Assembly (NCBI RefSeq): GCF_964355755.1
Contig: NC_092676.1
Location: forward strand, 15,766,871-15,830,870
DNA: 64,000 bases
Reading direction: 5' to 3'
DNA from: Antedon mediterranea
Taxonomy: Eukaryota > Animalia > Echinodermata
The position numbers and the translations under genes were made by a program. The notes under the pieces are model-generated. The model was given only the letters and a program-made list of their open reading frames with translations. It was not told the DNA's origin and searched no databases. Position 1 is the stretch's first letter, and every line of letters starts with the position of its first letter. Shown piece after piece: positions 63,201 to 64,000 of the stretch.

Positions 63201-64000
63201 TTCCTTACCCGGCCTGACCAAACTGAAATACGTCTTGTCAAATGTATGAAATACAGAATACACCACGTCTCACTCCGTAATTTTGAATGTTTTCTCCTCA
63301 GCTGCATACACAGTTCACATGCAAATGAGGGGTTTTTGAATACTTAAAAGAACAGAGACGATAAATACTGTTCGTCACGATAATCGATTGCTAAACTATT
63401 ATTTTTTTCTTTTACTTTATTAATTGTCAAGTGTATGAGTTTTTCTGGTTGTAAATTTAAATATAATTTTTTTTTGGTTTGTGGTCGTGATACAACATGA
63501 TTGAATTATTCAAAACTATATAACTTTAGTGTTAGTGTCGTAGAACAGTATTAAAACCTTATTTTAATATATGACTAATTAAATGTACGAGCATGCGTTT
63601 CAGTATAAACGAGCGCTGTGATGGATATATTATTAAATGAGAGGCAACAATGTTGACAATAATATAATGATGATGTTGCCTCTCGTTTTTATGTTTATTA
63701 TTAAATGAAAGCAGACATAATTAGTTAAGAGTTAACTAATGGTGAATAATATACAGTACATAAATAATGGGATCGATATTTCGGTGTGTAGGTGTTTCTG
63801 TACTGTTGTGAGGCCTATTGAAAGTATAAGCACATACTTACATCGAAAACAAAGCTTAACACTCTTACATTCCTTCCTTGTGGTAAAGAGATTAAGTGTA
63901 TGCGAGATGAAATATGAGTTTTAATATTCTGAATTCGATAAATTTAGAAAGTCCGGCGTGTTCTGCCAGTTGCGCCAGCACCGTGTAATGAGTAACCGGC

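Overview
AT-rich, intron-containing animal genomic DNA. It is invertebrate-like, possibly an echinoderm, but the taxon cannot be proven from this window. I reconstructed five spliced protein-coding genes by hand, all with GT-AG introns and consistent phases: (1) an ABTB2/BTBD11-family histone-fold/ankyrin/BTB gene (+, 15 coding exons, 999 aa); (2) an intact 8-exon gene (+, 26768-34393, 306 aa), almost invisible in the ORF track, that joins an HDX-type divergent homeodomain, an HMG-box-like segment, a TFII-I-like N-terminal region and one GTF2I-like repeat; (3) CPSF6/7 (CFIm large subunit; +, 12 coding exons, 760 aa) with a (GGPPH)n array; (4, 5) two tandem ferritin genes (-). One ferritin has an intact ferroxidase centre. 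The other has an intact ORF but has lost ferroxidase ligands and gained a Cys-rich C-terminal tail. The remainder is transposon debris (integrase-core, THAP and Sola2-like remnants, LINE RT fragments, a tRNA-SINE, several MITE families) and minisatellites. The top candidates for novelty are the homeodomain-HMG-GTF2I gene and the active/inactive ferritin pair. Family assignments come from recalled motifs, not database searches.
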